A stretch of DNA of 64,000 nt from Setoptus koraiensis (taxonomy: Eukaryota > Animalia > Arthropoda), in the NCBI GenBank assembly GCA_048013815.1, contig CM106586.1, forward strand, positions 19,902,001 through 19,966,000, written 5' to 3'. A program made the translations under genes and the position numbers. Shown piece after piece: positions 24,001 through 33,975 of this stretch (position 1 is the first letter of the stretch; every line of letters begins with the position of its first letter). The notes under the pieces were generated by a model. That model was given only the letters and a program-made list of their open reading frames with translations. It was not told the origin of the DNA and made no database searches.

Positions 24001-26818
24001 GGCAACGGGCAACGCGGGCGACATTCAGGTGTCCGCCTCCAACATGTTCAACACTCGCTACAACTCCGCCGGCCAAACGGGACCCGCGGGTATTCAGGCG
24101 GCGGCCGCCAATTCCACGAAGCCCAGGTCGAGATTTGGACCGCTCCTGGATGCGCTCACCTACCGACAGTCGTCCATAGGGCAGGCGTCCGGCTCGTCCG
24201 GGGCCGCTCAATTCAACGCTGCTGGCCCTCTGTCGGCCGGCATGGTCGGCGGGCCGGGCGCTGCGGCGGGCATCAGCCGCCGGTCGGGCTTTGGCTCATT
24301 GCTATTCTCTGGCTTCATATACGGCCTGTCCATGTTGCCCGCGCTGATGGCCATCACCGGCATCAATCCGCTGTCCGCCTCGAACGCACCCTCGCTAACA
24401 GATGGCGCGGGCCGGTCGGGATCGTCGTCGGGCTCATCACAAGCGGCCAGCAATAATCAGGCGCAATATTCCAACAGTGACAGACACATTTTGCAGCAGC
24501 AGCAAGCCAGCAAGCAGCAACAATTAAGAGATTACGCAACACTACAACAGTCAGCTGTTGTTGCGGCGCCCGGCGAGCTGACCGCCGAAAGTCTGTATGA
24601 TTACGCCAGCGCGGCGGCCGCCTTTGCTGCGGCTAACGGGGGCCACGCGGCTGCGGACCCGGCGGTGGGCACTGCCCACTTCGCGGCCATTCCCATTCAA
24701 ATTGGCGACAGCCCGTCCATGATTGCGGCTGCCACACAAACGGGCACCGCGGCCGGCCTCGATACGGCCGCTTCGGGCGCCAGTTTGTTTGCGGCCTCGC
24801 AAGCGGCCCTGGCGGACAACTTCTACAACCAACCCGTTCAGCAGCAGCAGCCGCCGGCCGCACCGGTCAACAGCAGGGGCGTGTACGCGTCCATTGTGTC
24901 CAATCAGCACCGGCACGGCCATCAAATACCCAGATTGTATTCCAGTTCGTTGGCTCACTTCACGCCCGCCTTCCACAACCATCACGATTTGAGTGCGGGC
25001 GCCGGGCCGGCCCAGCTCGACACCGCCGACACCATCGAGCTGGCCAGCAGCTCCGACGAGCAGCCCTATTTGCCGGCCGTCAACGCAAGGCACGAGCGCA
25101 ACCGGAAGTCATACGCGCCCCATTCCTACACGGCAGCGCGACAGCAGCAGCAGCAGGCATCCATGCGAAACAAGCAGCAGTATCATCATTCGCTGCTAGG
25201 CGGCGACACAATAGCAGACGGGAACAACCAGGTGCCCACGGCATCCATGTACCTCGAGGATGTGTTTGGCGATTTGTTTAGGCGCCGGCGACGCAGGGGC
25301 CTCAGCGACAAGCGGTACGGCGCCGACGCCAGGTCGGCGGTGCCGTACGCGCGTCAATTGGGCCCAATTGGGACCAAATTGACCAATGACCGACTGAATT
25401 TGACCACCGCAATGGCGCGCGCGGGCAGCATCGCGGGCACCGGCCAACAATTGTTGTTGCGACGACTCATCTGGCCGAACAGTGTCCAGTCGTTGCGTCA
25501 CAACAGTAACAATAATAATCATCAGCATATAGCACGACAATTCAAGACAATACCGGGTCAGCTGTTGGCGAAATTGCCACTTGTCAAGTCCGGTGGCACG
25601 GTGCTGCCGGCGGCGGCGCAAATCCACCGATCCACTGGGCCAATCGGCGGCCCCGAGCCCAAACGGCTGTTCCCTGGCGCCGGCTACCGGTATCAATTGA
25701 CTGACCAGCTCAATGGGGCCAACAAGTTGCACAAGTTGCCAGCAGCAAAGTTGCATCATTTCTTAAAATCGTCAGCGGGCGCCGATCAGCAGCCGGCCAC
25801 AATGCTGTCGGAGAGGACAACCGCCAATCAAATGCAAACCACTAGACAGGCGGCGACCTCTGGCGGCGCACAACCGTCGTCAGCGCAACCGGCGCCGACA
25901 AGTCAGCCGATTGTGGGCCCCACATTGGACAGCGGCAACAGCAACAACAACAACAACAACAACGACAACAAACACGACGACAATGACATTTTGAATGTTG
26001 TTGTTGCGGCAAATGACGTAACGAGAAAACCGCCGCTAGCGGGCACCACCACTGACAGTTTGCAGCAATATCAGCAGCGAAAGCAGGATCAATACGAGCC
26101 GGCCCAACAACAGCAAGCGCAACAGTTTTCCAACAGTCACACTGGCGGTTATCACGCAATGGAATCCGCGCCCCCTATGACAACGTACCGAGCCAATCAG
26201 CTGACGGCCGGCACGGACACGGTTGGCAATCAGCTGATGGGTGGCAATCAGCTGATGGGTGGCAATGGCACCAACTCGGTCAGTTCCGGCCAAGCGGGCA
26301 CCAGGCCGGGCTTTGCGCACAACAGGAAGTTGCCGCTGTCACTGGCCAGTTTGACAGCGGGCAACTCAAACCGGACAAGCGTGATTAAATTTAAATCAAC
26401 AAACAACAACAACAACAACGATGACAATGACAATAAACGCACACTCATCACGGGCTCGTCATTAAGAGCGGCAATGAAGCGTATTGCCAAGTCGCCCTGG
26501 CCGACATTGAATCATCATCAGCGGCGGTGGCAGCAGCAGAGCGGCTCGGCAAATAAGTCAATCAATATTAATAATAATAACAACGCGACAACGGATTATG
26601 TAAATGAATTTTATCGTGATAACAGTCCGTTTGACGATACAGAGTCCAACATTTGGCTGGCGCACAACATGGCCATGGGATCGGGGGTACTGAACGAGCA
26701 GCAGCAGCCACTAGAGGCACAAACCGGCCACACTGATGCGACAAACAACAGCAACAACAACAACAACAACATTGATTTATTTCGTCACTCAACAACGGCA
26801 GCAACAACGGCCGCCTGA
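21053..26818 (+). CDS. Very large single-exon, low-complexity, probably secreted or membrane-associated orphan protein (about 1920 aa)
   Basis: 5.8-kb uninterrupted ORF. ATG at 21053 or 21149. Hydrophobic stretch WLITQLLTCLLLVSVC, a second hydrophobic stretch LLFSGFIYGLSMLPALMAI, and several polybasic sites. Confidence 0.85.
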   Translation: MCTIACSFHKSVASVSQSSSVSHHHKLYKQTTMPRHRKPARSCPYNGRDVSPNNSPNNSPNNSSNDSSNNSLNNSLSNSLNNSLNSPSSDSLNQPNKPLNAPLSNNNNNWLITQLLTCLLLVSVCNCRQALCTGYNPSSGGPLRDAVSEPRESDVSITKVDYGNRSSSSALADQAARDIYKSSYYDNAINVTSGNSASGAHQSPPTNSSAPTGHQMSMKKNDKFLYDPASSFDQAVGHYSSDASLAAGPMSAGSVAAGPTVASGMGSSLGEPDQYNHYNMNSTNKSPMGTALQLAHNNATTYDDDKRYYYHYQQPNQIVISYDHSSLFPSAPAPAPVSVVVQPPAANAAPPQPFQLEVSDGGHTRRNWTKDEIEAIRQRQQQLDSPMGGGANETGNASSSSLLAPDPTSTDSSGAPPEPAPTPDLHYYAADGGGLSPFVGQQQQQQLFQHYTTSQPDIPLLPNQRFITSSSSSLNGSSNDTRWHTSINSATAAKKPKPPPYLAIVNRKTGSDQALVGPFETMDASGYWPNASQTYAHADSNGFSEYGPDKSQPKTRKRKKGNPKTTIVIKSADSPLGPNATGPANQQFGGSQHTLIDTADSYSDYQYPTTLIQLHNGTMPGGAHHILPQQVITAGLTFAPSTPSTGAAAKRRRRKPVHQHAGKPTISGHFASGHHDSSSSSSSVRQPYLDLIGIGNQLTSNNSAPSAHHHAITYDDQASDGGPDNQAFTPLSAQHHNHGLDKTGSGTSNTYAVVQRIQGAQNQTGPSPPFNHHSGFPVASPPLTTTPSSPYPLQTVLPPDQNYPPTAASNVSAVMLNHTSGQLTPLATSTSKGQTTIIIRAVNNNNHHHNHNASNYQQYPHRQQSFVRNPPYQPKLSTTTRRPPPTTLASGEPAPTSGSSDNSTLTDGYTNSKPANRPLSLQQQQFDSSSLIKNKLNEYVFGRLFNQQHPASSIKSAPYPTSTTVAPSYQHQQQANSSQNSSEATGNAGDIQVSASNMFNTRYNSAGQTGPAGIQAAAANSTKPRSRFGPLLDALTYRQSSIGQASGSSGAAQFNAAGPLSAGMVGGPGAAAGISRRSGFGSLLFSGFIYGLSMLPALMAITGINPLSASNAPSLTDGAGRSGSSSGSSQAASNNQAQYSNSDRHILQQQQASKQQQLRDYATLQQSAVVAAPGELTAESLYDYASAAAAFAAANGGHAAADPAVGTAHFAAIPIQIGDSPSMIAAATQTGTAAGLDTAASGASLFAASQAALADNFYNQPVQQQQPPAAPVNSRGVYASIVSNQHRHGHQIPRLYSSSLAHFTPAFHNHHDLSAGAGPAQLDTADTIELASSSDEQPYLPAVNARHERNRKSYAPHSYTAARQQQQQASMRNKQQYHHSLLGGDTIADGNNQVPTASMYLEDVFGDLFRRRRRRGLSDKRYGADARSAVPYARQLGPIGTKLTNDRLNLTTAMARAGSIAGTGQQLLLRRLIWPNSVQSLRHNSNNNNHQHIARQFKTIPGQLLAKLPLVKSGGTVLPAAAQIHRSTGPIGGPEPKRLFPGAGYRYQLTDQLNGANKLHKLPAAKLHHFLKSSAGADQQPATMLSERTTANQMQTTRQAATSGGAQPSSAQPAPTSQPIVGPTLDSGNSNNNNNNNDNKHDDNDILNVVVAANDVTRKPPLAGTTTDSLQQYQQRKQDQYEPAQQQQAQQFSNSHTGGYHAMESAPPMTTYRANQLTAGTDTVGNQLMGGNQLMGGNGTNSVSSGQAGTRPGFAHNRKLPLSLASLTAGNSNRTSVIKFKSTNNNNNNDDNDNKRTLITGSSLRAAMKRIAKSPWPTLNHHQRRWQQQSGSANKSININNNNNATTDYVNEFYRDNSPFDDTESNIWLAHNMAMGSGVLNEQQQPLEAQTGHTDATNNSNNNNNNIDLFRHSTTAATTAA

Positions 26819-26905
26819 TTGTCGCCCGGCCCAACCGACTGGCCCAATCGACTGGCAAGTGACACAACAACAAGATCTCACAACAACAACAGCAACACCA
26901 CCACC

Positions 26906-26937
<32 letters not shown>

Positions 26938-27407
26938 CAACAAACGACAGCAACAGCGACAGCAGCAGCGCACTGTTGCAACCGGAAGCGCACCCACAGT
27001 CCGTGGCAATAGATGGACTAGATTCGAAAGACAAAGTCAGCTGTTCGCATCGGTTGCCGGGGCCCCCGAACAGTTTGCCGGCGCAGTTTTAGTTTGCGCA
27101 CTGGGGCCGACTCATGTAGACATACTGTACATACAAACAAAACGTAATTGCGCAATTTCGCGCACAATTTCCACGACCATTCCCAGATCACAGATCTTTC
27201 AATAAACGATCATCAGCAACTACCGATAAACTTGCGTGTCCCTTGCAGTGTCGCTAGCGTGTCTCTCGCAGTGTCTCGGGGGCTCAGCGTCGCCTCATCC
27301 GCGGCTTGGCTCGCCCCTCGACATCGATCTGCCGGCTTGGGCGACTTTGAGAAAATTTCTTCGAAAAGTTTCGGCGCCCGGCCAACGGACGCCGAAACTC
27401 TCAATCG

Positions 27408-27491
27408 GCGGCCAAAAACTGCCGATCGACGGCCGAAAACTGCCGATCGACGGTCAAAAACTGCCGATCGACGGCCGAAAACTGCCGATCG
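27408..27491 (+). repeat. 21-bp tandem repeat (CGGCCGAAAACTGCCGATCGA) x4
   Basis: Read directly. Confidence 0.9.
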
Positions 27492-29195
27492 GCGCCCTTG
27501 TCGGGCCGCGACGGGCCAGAGGCTTCGCGAAGGCCGAGCGGCCGTCCGGAGCGAGCTTGTGCGCCGTTTATGGTGGCCAATCGTTTGTTGCGAGACGCTA
27601 AATTGAGGAAGTGTCCTATTGGCGATATTTTGCCAGTTATTGCCGATCAACTGGCTTCTTTTTGTCCGCTTTTGCCGGGTAGGTGCGTGTGCTTTTTTCC
27701 AGCGCTGCAGCTACCTGTTGCTGGCTGCATTCCCAGCCAGCAACGGCACACCAACGGCACACCAACGGCAGCACCATTAGGCTCTGGAGCGCCCGTTCGA
27801 GTCGAAAGTATTGGCCAACTGTCACAGACGCCGGACCAATTATCGATCGGTTAATTAATCATGAGCGAACAGTTAATTAACGGCACAATCGGCAGCAAGT
27901 GGCGCAACGAAACGCCGGCACCGAGTGAGAGTAACCTGTTTGAGTTGCGATTTGACCACGCACCAGTGATCGCGACAACGGCGACGCCAGTGATACCTGC
28001 TGCAATTGGCGGCTCAAGTGGCAGCCTGGCCGCTGCAGTGTCGCAAGGAAAGAAGCCATTATATAATAATAACTCGAACTCGAGACGACACAGGTACATG
28101 TAGAGCTTGTGTTGTTGTTGGTTGCTGCAAACAAACGACAAGTTTTTCATTGTTTGTTTGGCGTGATGGTTACATTTGTTTGGCTCGTTGTGTTGCGAAC
28201 GTTGCCTTGCCAGGCGACAACAGCTTGTGATGTGAGCCCGCCTAAGCGATATTGCTAGTTGCTTCCTATTCTGACTGCCTATTCTATTAGCCGGGCGATG
28301 GCTGCAATCTCAGCTCATGGCACTTTGGAATAGATCGGTCGATGGTAATTCCAACTGCCAGCTAATGACTGTTGGCCAGCCAATGTTGACATATTATATA
28401 ATATTATGATATAACAACGGCAGCCGTTTCCCCTCGGTGATGAACCGCCGGCAGATGATACCGCTACTGGTGCCAGCTGTACGGGTGTGCGATAGTTGCA
28501 GCACTTTGGACAGCGCTTTTGACAGCAATATGACAGCCAAGTGACAGCCAAGTGACAGTTGCTCCATTGGCCAATGCTGGATATACTAATATCTCGCCGA
28601 TGGTTGCCAGTGCGACAACGGCCGCTTTGCATAACGTCGCCGCTTCAGTCGCTTGAGCATTGCGCAACAACGCTTAAAGGGATATTTATATCTTGCGAGC
28701 GCCGCTTGCCAACGCATATAAATATATGTGAGCAGCCAGACACTTTCACACACCGACCGGCACCATCGACACCAACGACAACAGCGACAGCAGCGACGAC
28801 AACGACGACAACGACAACAACGACGACAACGACAACAACGACGACAACGACAACAACATTAGCGACAACTTTCTTCTGTAGCAAAGTGACGCGCGCCACC
28901 GACTCAAGCGACAACCGTTATAATGTTCGCAGTTGCGCCTAAACTGTCGGCTACAAATTGTCATTTGCATTTGTTTGTCGTGTCGTGACCACTCATTTGC
29001 GAACACTTCAGTCGCCTCACAACTGTGCGCCAGACCACACACAAGTTCGACACAAGCAAACAAATATCAAGCACACAACATACAATAGATTAGATAATCC
29101 ACTCGAGCCAACAAACCCAATCACTAGCATCATTTAGACTCGAATCATTTCCAGATTTCATTCAAAGTTTCGCGACACTCAATCAAGCCAGCAAC

Positions 29196-30038
29196 ATGTC
29201 GGCCAGCGAACATCAAAAAATCGCCAGAAAATCAATGAAACAAAACAGATTACTGATAACACTGTCACTGTTTGTGGTGACATTCGTGCTATTAGAGCAA
29301 GTAATTTGCGCGCCAAACAACAACAACAAACAATCAGCCACCGGAAACAACAATAATAACAAAAATTCAAACAACAACAACAAGAGGACAGGCCTGTTCC
29401 AGGGCTGGCTGCGGAGACAGGCGGCCAGCTCGTCGTCGTCTAGCAACTCGGACAAGGACGGGCCAGAGAAACAAACCGAGGACGAGACGCAAAAGATGAT
29501 GAACAATTTGCCCGTATCATTCGTAAGTTTTCCATCAGCTTAGGCTAATTTCGTTGCATAACAGTGCCCATTGATTTGAATAATCTAATTTGATTGATTC
29601 ACTAATTGCTCGGCCCTGTTGACTCGATCACAATGATTACAATTATTATAATTATAAACTTATACTTATACTGTTGTAACTGTAATATGACCCATGCCAG
29701 ACGGATCACGCGCCCAGCACGTTCAGCGAACGTCTCAGTGACACATTCGGCCTGTTGGGCGAGGGAGTCATGAACCATTTCAGGTCCCTCAGAGAGAATT
29801 TCTCTGACACTGTGGTGAGTATCGGGGGACCAATCGAGCCAGTCGCCAATTGATGGCGCCACTAATCACCAACTAACCACTAATCAACAATTAACTAATA
29901 ATCACCAACTAACTAATACCTACTTTGCTCGCATGGCTACTCCTAAACGATCTTGGGTGATTGTTGCAACTCGATACATTGGTTGCTCGATGACAGGAGG
30001 ATCTCAGAGACACATGGTCCAACGACAAGCGAAGATAA
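29196..30038 (+). CDS. Small secreted orphan protein (about 160 aa), 3 exons
   Basis: Exons 29196-29522, 29701-29814 and 29997-30038, all phase 0 with GTAAGT/GTGAGT donors and CAG acceptors. Hydrophobic signal LLITLSLFVVTFVLLEQVICA. Confidence 0.8.
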
Positions 30039-30371
30039 GATCAGACTGAGCGGATGTTTCTTATTTGTGATTTTTTTTAGCACCAAAGCAACACAGCGAA
30101 TTCCAAGGGACCAAATGCGGAAGAGATGGGACTGATAAGAAGAAGCCATAGTTTTGTCCCATAGAAATGCCTACCATAACTACTGCCACTACCATAACTA
30201 GCTACTCACATTGCAACATATACAATATATATATTATACAAAATATTATACGAAATATTATAAATAATAGTATTATATTATAATAGTATTGAGCATAATA
30301 AAGATCGACGACACAACTTGTTAATATAATTGTTAAGTTTAATATTAATATCAGCATAATTAATTATTGAG

Positions 30372-30896
30372 TTAAGCCAGAGTGTATGCAGAATACTCTC
30401 TAGTGTGGCATAAAGCAAACAGATGGAATGGATAATTTATTGGCCGAATGCATATGAAACGAGATCTAAATTTATCTCTCGCCTCTGTGTGTCCACTGGT
30501 CAGCAATGAGAGTTCAACAGACATACCAGCACATGATGATGATAATATGTAAATAGATTTACCTAAATGTTGCCATTGAACTCTGAGTATTTGTGAGTGT
30601 GTCTGTGGGGGGAGTAGCAACTACTTTCGAGATGAAAGTCTCGACAAGTCTGATGCATAATCGTATATTGCGTATATATTGGTGATACACATGGTGCAGA
30701 TCTGAGAAGGTGAACTTTTCATTGCGCTCACCGAGTCTAAAAATTGGCAAGGTCAACTTCCTGCGACTTGCATTAATTACGGATTCTTTAATTTCGGATG
30801 CTCCGAATTAATTGATTCCAACTCGACTCACTCAACTCGCTTTCGTGTTCCTTTCTCCCACCAACATTTGTCAGGCCGTTTCCATCGAGTTGTGTC
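30372..30896 (-). other. Candidate spliced transcript or 3' part of an unknown CDS
   Basis: Phase-consistent exons 30896-30832, 30760-30563 and 30495-30372. No in-frame start found; the introns (71 and 67 nt) are shorter than any confident intron here. Confidence 0.25.
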
Positions 30897-31080
30897 CTAT
30901 GGATATATTGGGATATAACACATAGAAGCTTATTTAGGCTGCCTTCAAGTTAGTGAATGCATCAGACTACTTGACCAGTGGTCACTGTCGATTCTACATT
31001 GAATTATCTTGCGTGTCTGACCATTTAGACAACAAGATATATTATCTTGCTATCTAAATGGGAAGCTTGCGCTGGACGAG

Positions 31081-31118
31081 TATAAAAAGCTGGCCAAAAC
31101 ATTTGCGTCTTATCAGTT
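31081..31118 (+). promoter_or_regulatory. TATA box plus arthropod initiator (TCAGTT)
   Basis: TATAAAA at 31081 and TCAGTT at 31113-31118, upstream of ATG 31264. Confidence 0.65.
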
Positions 31119-31263
31119 CATTCTCAATCGAAGGCCGACTTGCCAAGTGTCATCACATAGTATTCATATAATATCCATGATATACAACCACATATTCAAC
31201 AATACACATACAATAGCCACCAGTTTATAGTAGTAATTTAAATTGCACAAATTTCAATCGCCA

Positions 31264-32193
31264 ATGTTCCATTCAACTCTTAAGGGTGCCTCCTTTTCGG
31301 CTGGCCTTGTCATTGTTTGTTTCGTTGCTGCAACAATCGGTGCCAGCGAAGACGCAATAGATAGCAGCGGCCCCATCAGCAGCAGAGATGTCGCCGAACC
31401 CGATACAGAAATCCGAGACGATGCTCAAGTATTGAGATCACAACCAAACCACCAGCCAGCATCAGTGAGACGTGTAGTACCATTCAATGGACCATCAATG
31501 GCAGTGCCTCTGGCATCATCACGAGTAGCATCACCGGTTGTCGCACCAGTTGTTGCACCAGTTGTTGCACCAGTCGTTGCACCAGTTTCTGGGCCAGTCG
31601 CTGCACCGGTTGTTGCACCAGTTGTGTCGTCATCGCCGCTTGTTGCACGATCGCCAGTTGTTGCGCGATATCCGGTTGTTGCGCGAATTACGGTTGCCCC
31701 ACGATATCCGGTTGTTGCGCGATATCCGGTTGCCCCACGATATCCGGTTGTCCCAGTTTCTGGTCAGCGTGTGAACCGCAGAGTGGTGCGGCCCGTGAGC
31801 ACGGTGGTGCGACCTGTGGGCACAGTGGTGCGACCCGTGGGCACAGTGCGGGTGGGTACTGTACCAACACAAAACAGAGTAGGATACCAGCAACAAGTTC
31901 GAGGTCGCCCAGTGCCAGCGGCTTACCCGGGATACAACAGATATCAGACGGCTCTTGGCGGACTAACAGTGAACGTGAGCCCCAACTCTGGCCCATACCG
32001 ACCCGACTATCAAATCAATGGCCCATATCAGCCAGGTTACGGATACGAGCCAGTAAATGGGGTCTACGGCACTGGCTACAACACAGGTTACAACAACGGC
32101 TATGGATATAATAACGGCGGATATGTCAACGGCAACGGCTATGGATATGGTTACGGCGGAAGGCCTGGTTACAGGCCCGTAGCGGCACAATAG
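31264..32193 (+). CDS. Secreted structural (cuticle-like) protein with VAP/RYPV repeats and a Gly-Tyr-rich tail
   Basis: Single exon, signal peptide, PVVA and ARYPV repeats, GYG/GYN tail, AATAAA about 65 nt after the stop. No Rebers-Riddiford motif seen. Confidence 0.85.
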   Translation: MFHSTLKGASFSAGLVIVCFVAATIGASEDAIDSSGPISSRDVAEPDTEIRDDAQVLRSQPNHQPASVRRVVPFNGPSMAVPLASSRVASPVVAPVVAPVVAPVVAPVSGPVAAPVVAPVVSSSPLVARSPVVARYPVVARITVAPRYPVVARYPVAPRYPVVPVSGQRVNRRVVRPVSTVVRPVGTVVRPVGTVRVGTVPTQNRVGYQQQVRGRPVPAAYPGYNRYQTALGGLTVNVSPNSGPYRPDYQINGPYQPGYGYEPVNGVYGTGYNTGYNNGYGYNNGGYVNGNGYGYGYGGRPGYRPVAAQ

Positions 32194-32576
32194 AATCGTC
32201 GGACAAGCAAGCAAACAGATTACCGTGAAGGCTGTCATGATAAGCGTGTCATGCTCTAATAAAATAAACTTAAAATTACACTTGCATTCAAAAGATCCCA
32301 AAACACATTTTCGATGCGATCATTTCCGGTCACTGCAAGCCATGGTGAGACAGCTTAATAGCCTCTGATGGTGGTTGGCCCGTCATTTGTTCCGGGACGC
32401 GCCAATCTAACGAGGTAAATCTCTTTTTCGCACACATCCATCGGCTTATTTTTGCCCTGTTTGCTCCGGAAAAATTGCAAAATTCTCAAGATTTTTTATA
32501 AATCCACGCGGCCAGCCGCGTGCACGTCCGTGATCGGGTATGCATAAGTTTTTTGCAAGTTTTTACATGCTACTTG

Positions 32577-33467
32577 TTAAGATTCTCTCAATTTCTCAAT
32601 TACTACCGTCGAAAATAGAGGCCATATAAGTCGCCCAGCAACAATGAACGATTCGGAATGAAGGAATGCAATCGATTTCGCTTCATCTATCGCATGAGAG
32701 TGCCCAATTTTCTTTAGAATCCCACAAATCTTGTTCCGAGGAGTTTTACCTTGAAGCACTTTCTCCTGCCGAGTGACTACAGCTCAATTTGTCTCGACGG
32801 CTCTCTGCCTGAGTAGCAGTTCAATCAATCGTTGCATGTACTGCCGAGGGTTTTCACTAATGCATCGTCCCAATTCGCACTGATGAAATCCCAATTTGAT
32901 CTCTGCTGAAAGTGGGCTCCAGTCAGTGTGCTATATCCGTGCTATGAGCGAACGTCTGCAATAGTTGAGCTACATTTGTGGTTGTAACTTATAACTTATA
33001 ACACAAGCAAGTGTTTCGATAGTTCAATTAGTTAGTTTCTTGTGATACATCATCAGCATCACACAGATGCTCCTTCTTGCAACTTGTTAGCGACAACGGT
33101 GAGACACCGTCGAGTGCAAAGTTTAGCAAAGTTGACTTTGTTTGATTGAGCAATTAGTCGAGGAGCTCGCCCGAAGCGATTTGAAAACTCATCTCGGTCT
33201 CGTCTGCTTTCAACTGCGCAGATATTATCCTCGATGCGATGTACCTGGTGACGAACAGGCTCAAAATTGAGACAATACCTCTTGTTCATATACGGTAGTC
33301 TACGGTAGAGCCAAGGACAATCGAGCAAAGAAATGTCAATTTATTAGACAGCACAGTATATGTAATTATTCAATGCAATTAAAAATGCGTAGTCTATCAT
33401 TAATACTTTACGCTCTAATGATCGCAACAAGAAAGTTATTTTTCTTTTTAGTTTTGCTAGGATCCAT
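32577..33467 (-). pseudogene. Death-domain gene (Pelle/Tube/IRAK-like) with in-frame stop codon(s)
   Basis: Exon 1 33467-33412 (MDPSK...IIRA), exon from 33299 (LPYMNKR...), then SLIARI*HTDWSPLSAEIKLGFHQCELGRCISENPRQYMQRLIELLLRQ...ETN*...KICGILKKIGHSHAIDEAK. TAG at 32933-32931 and TGA at 32786-32784 are in one frame. The helix pattern matches death domains. Confidence 0.55.
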
Positions 33468-33975
33468 GATAGGAAGGAGCACATGATTGCAGATAGTACA
33501 CACTAAAATACTGTTTCACCACTGACTCAAAGTGACTGCTGATAAAAATAAAGCTAGAGACATAGTTAGATGCGAAAGAGAGACACCAAAGTGAGATATG
33601 AAAGTGTTGTCAAGTAGAACACCACATGATACGCCGATTCATTTTATTTTCGATAAGATTATGGTGATAACTCGAGTCTTCTTATCGCCTAACGTTCCAA
33701 CTATTTTTGCCCTGTGGAACAACAATGAATCAACAACAATCGGATACAATAGGATAGCAGAAAATACACAACATTTATTCTAATTTTCCATACATCCATA
33801 TCATCCATAAAAAAAAGATAGAGTTGTGCACCAGATCCAGAAGTACAAGGAGGACGAATAGCAAGCTAGCAATTCACTTTGATTGAGTCAGAATTATAAT
33901 TATTATTGTAAGGCGAAGACATCCATCAATTTCAGAACAATTATATACATTAAAATTCATCAAGTAGTTATCAAG

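Noticed and set aside
21413-27034. Numerous antisense and alternate-frame ORFs inside the 1,920-aa CDS and other genes
   Set aside because: Expected shadows of GC-rich or repetitive coding sequence; no independent motifs or splice signals.
6893-27491. Tandem arrays read as CRISPR or as transposon termini
   Set aside because: The arrays are head-to-tail with no unique spacers in a eukaryotic context; no cas, transposase, TIR-TSD or LTR structure was seen.
28420-28550. FYVE-like VRVCDSC and the exon-like ORF at 27861-28103
   Set aside because: No RHHCRxCG core or WxxD; the splice partner is unsupported.
32250-32570. SECIS element for the in-frame TGA
   Set aside because: An ATGAC...TGAC pair exists on the minus strand, but the intervening helix II does not pair.
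32766-32798. 33-nt GT-AG intron that would remove the death-domain TGA
   Set aside because: The donor (GTCGAG) is weak and the length is far below the 86-nt minimum of confident introns here. Not impossible, but unsupported.
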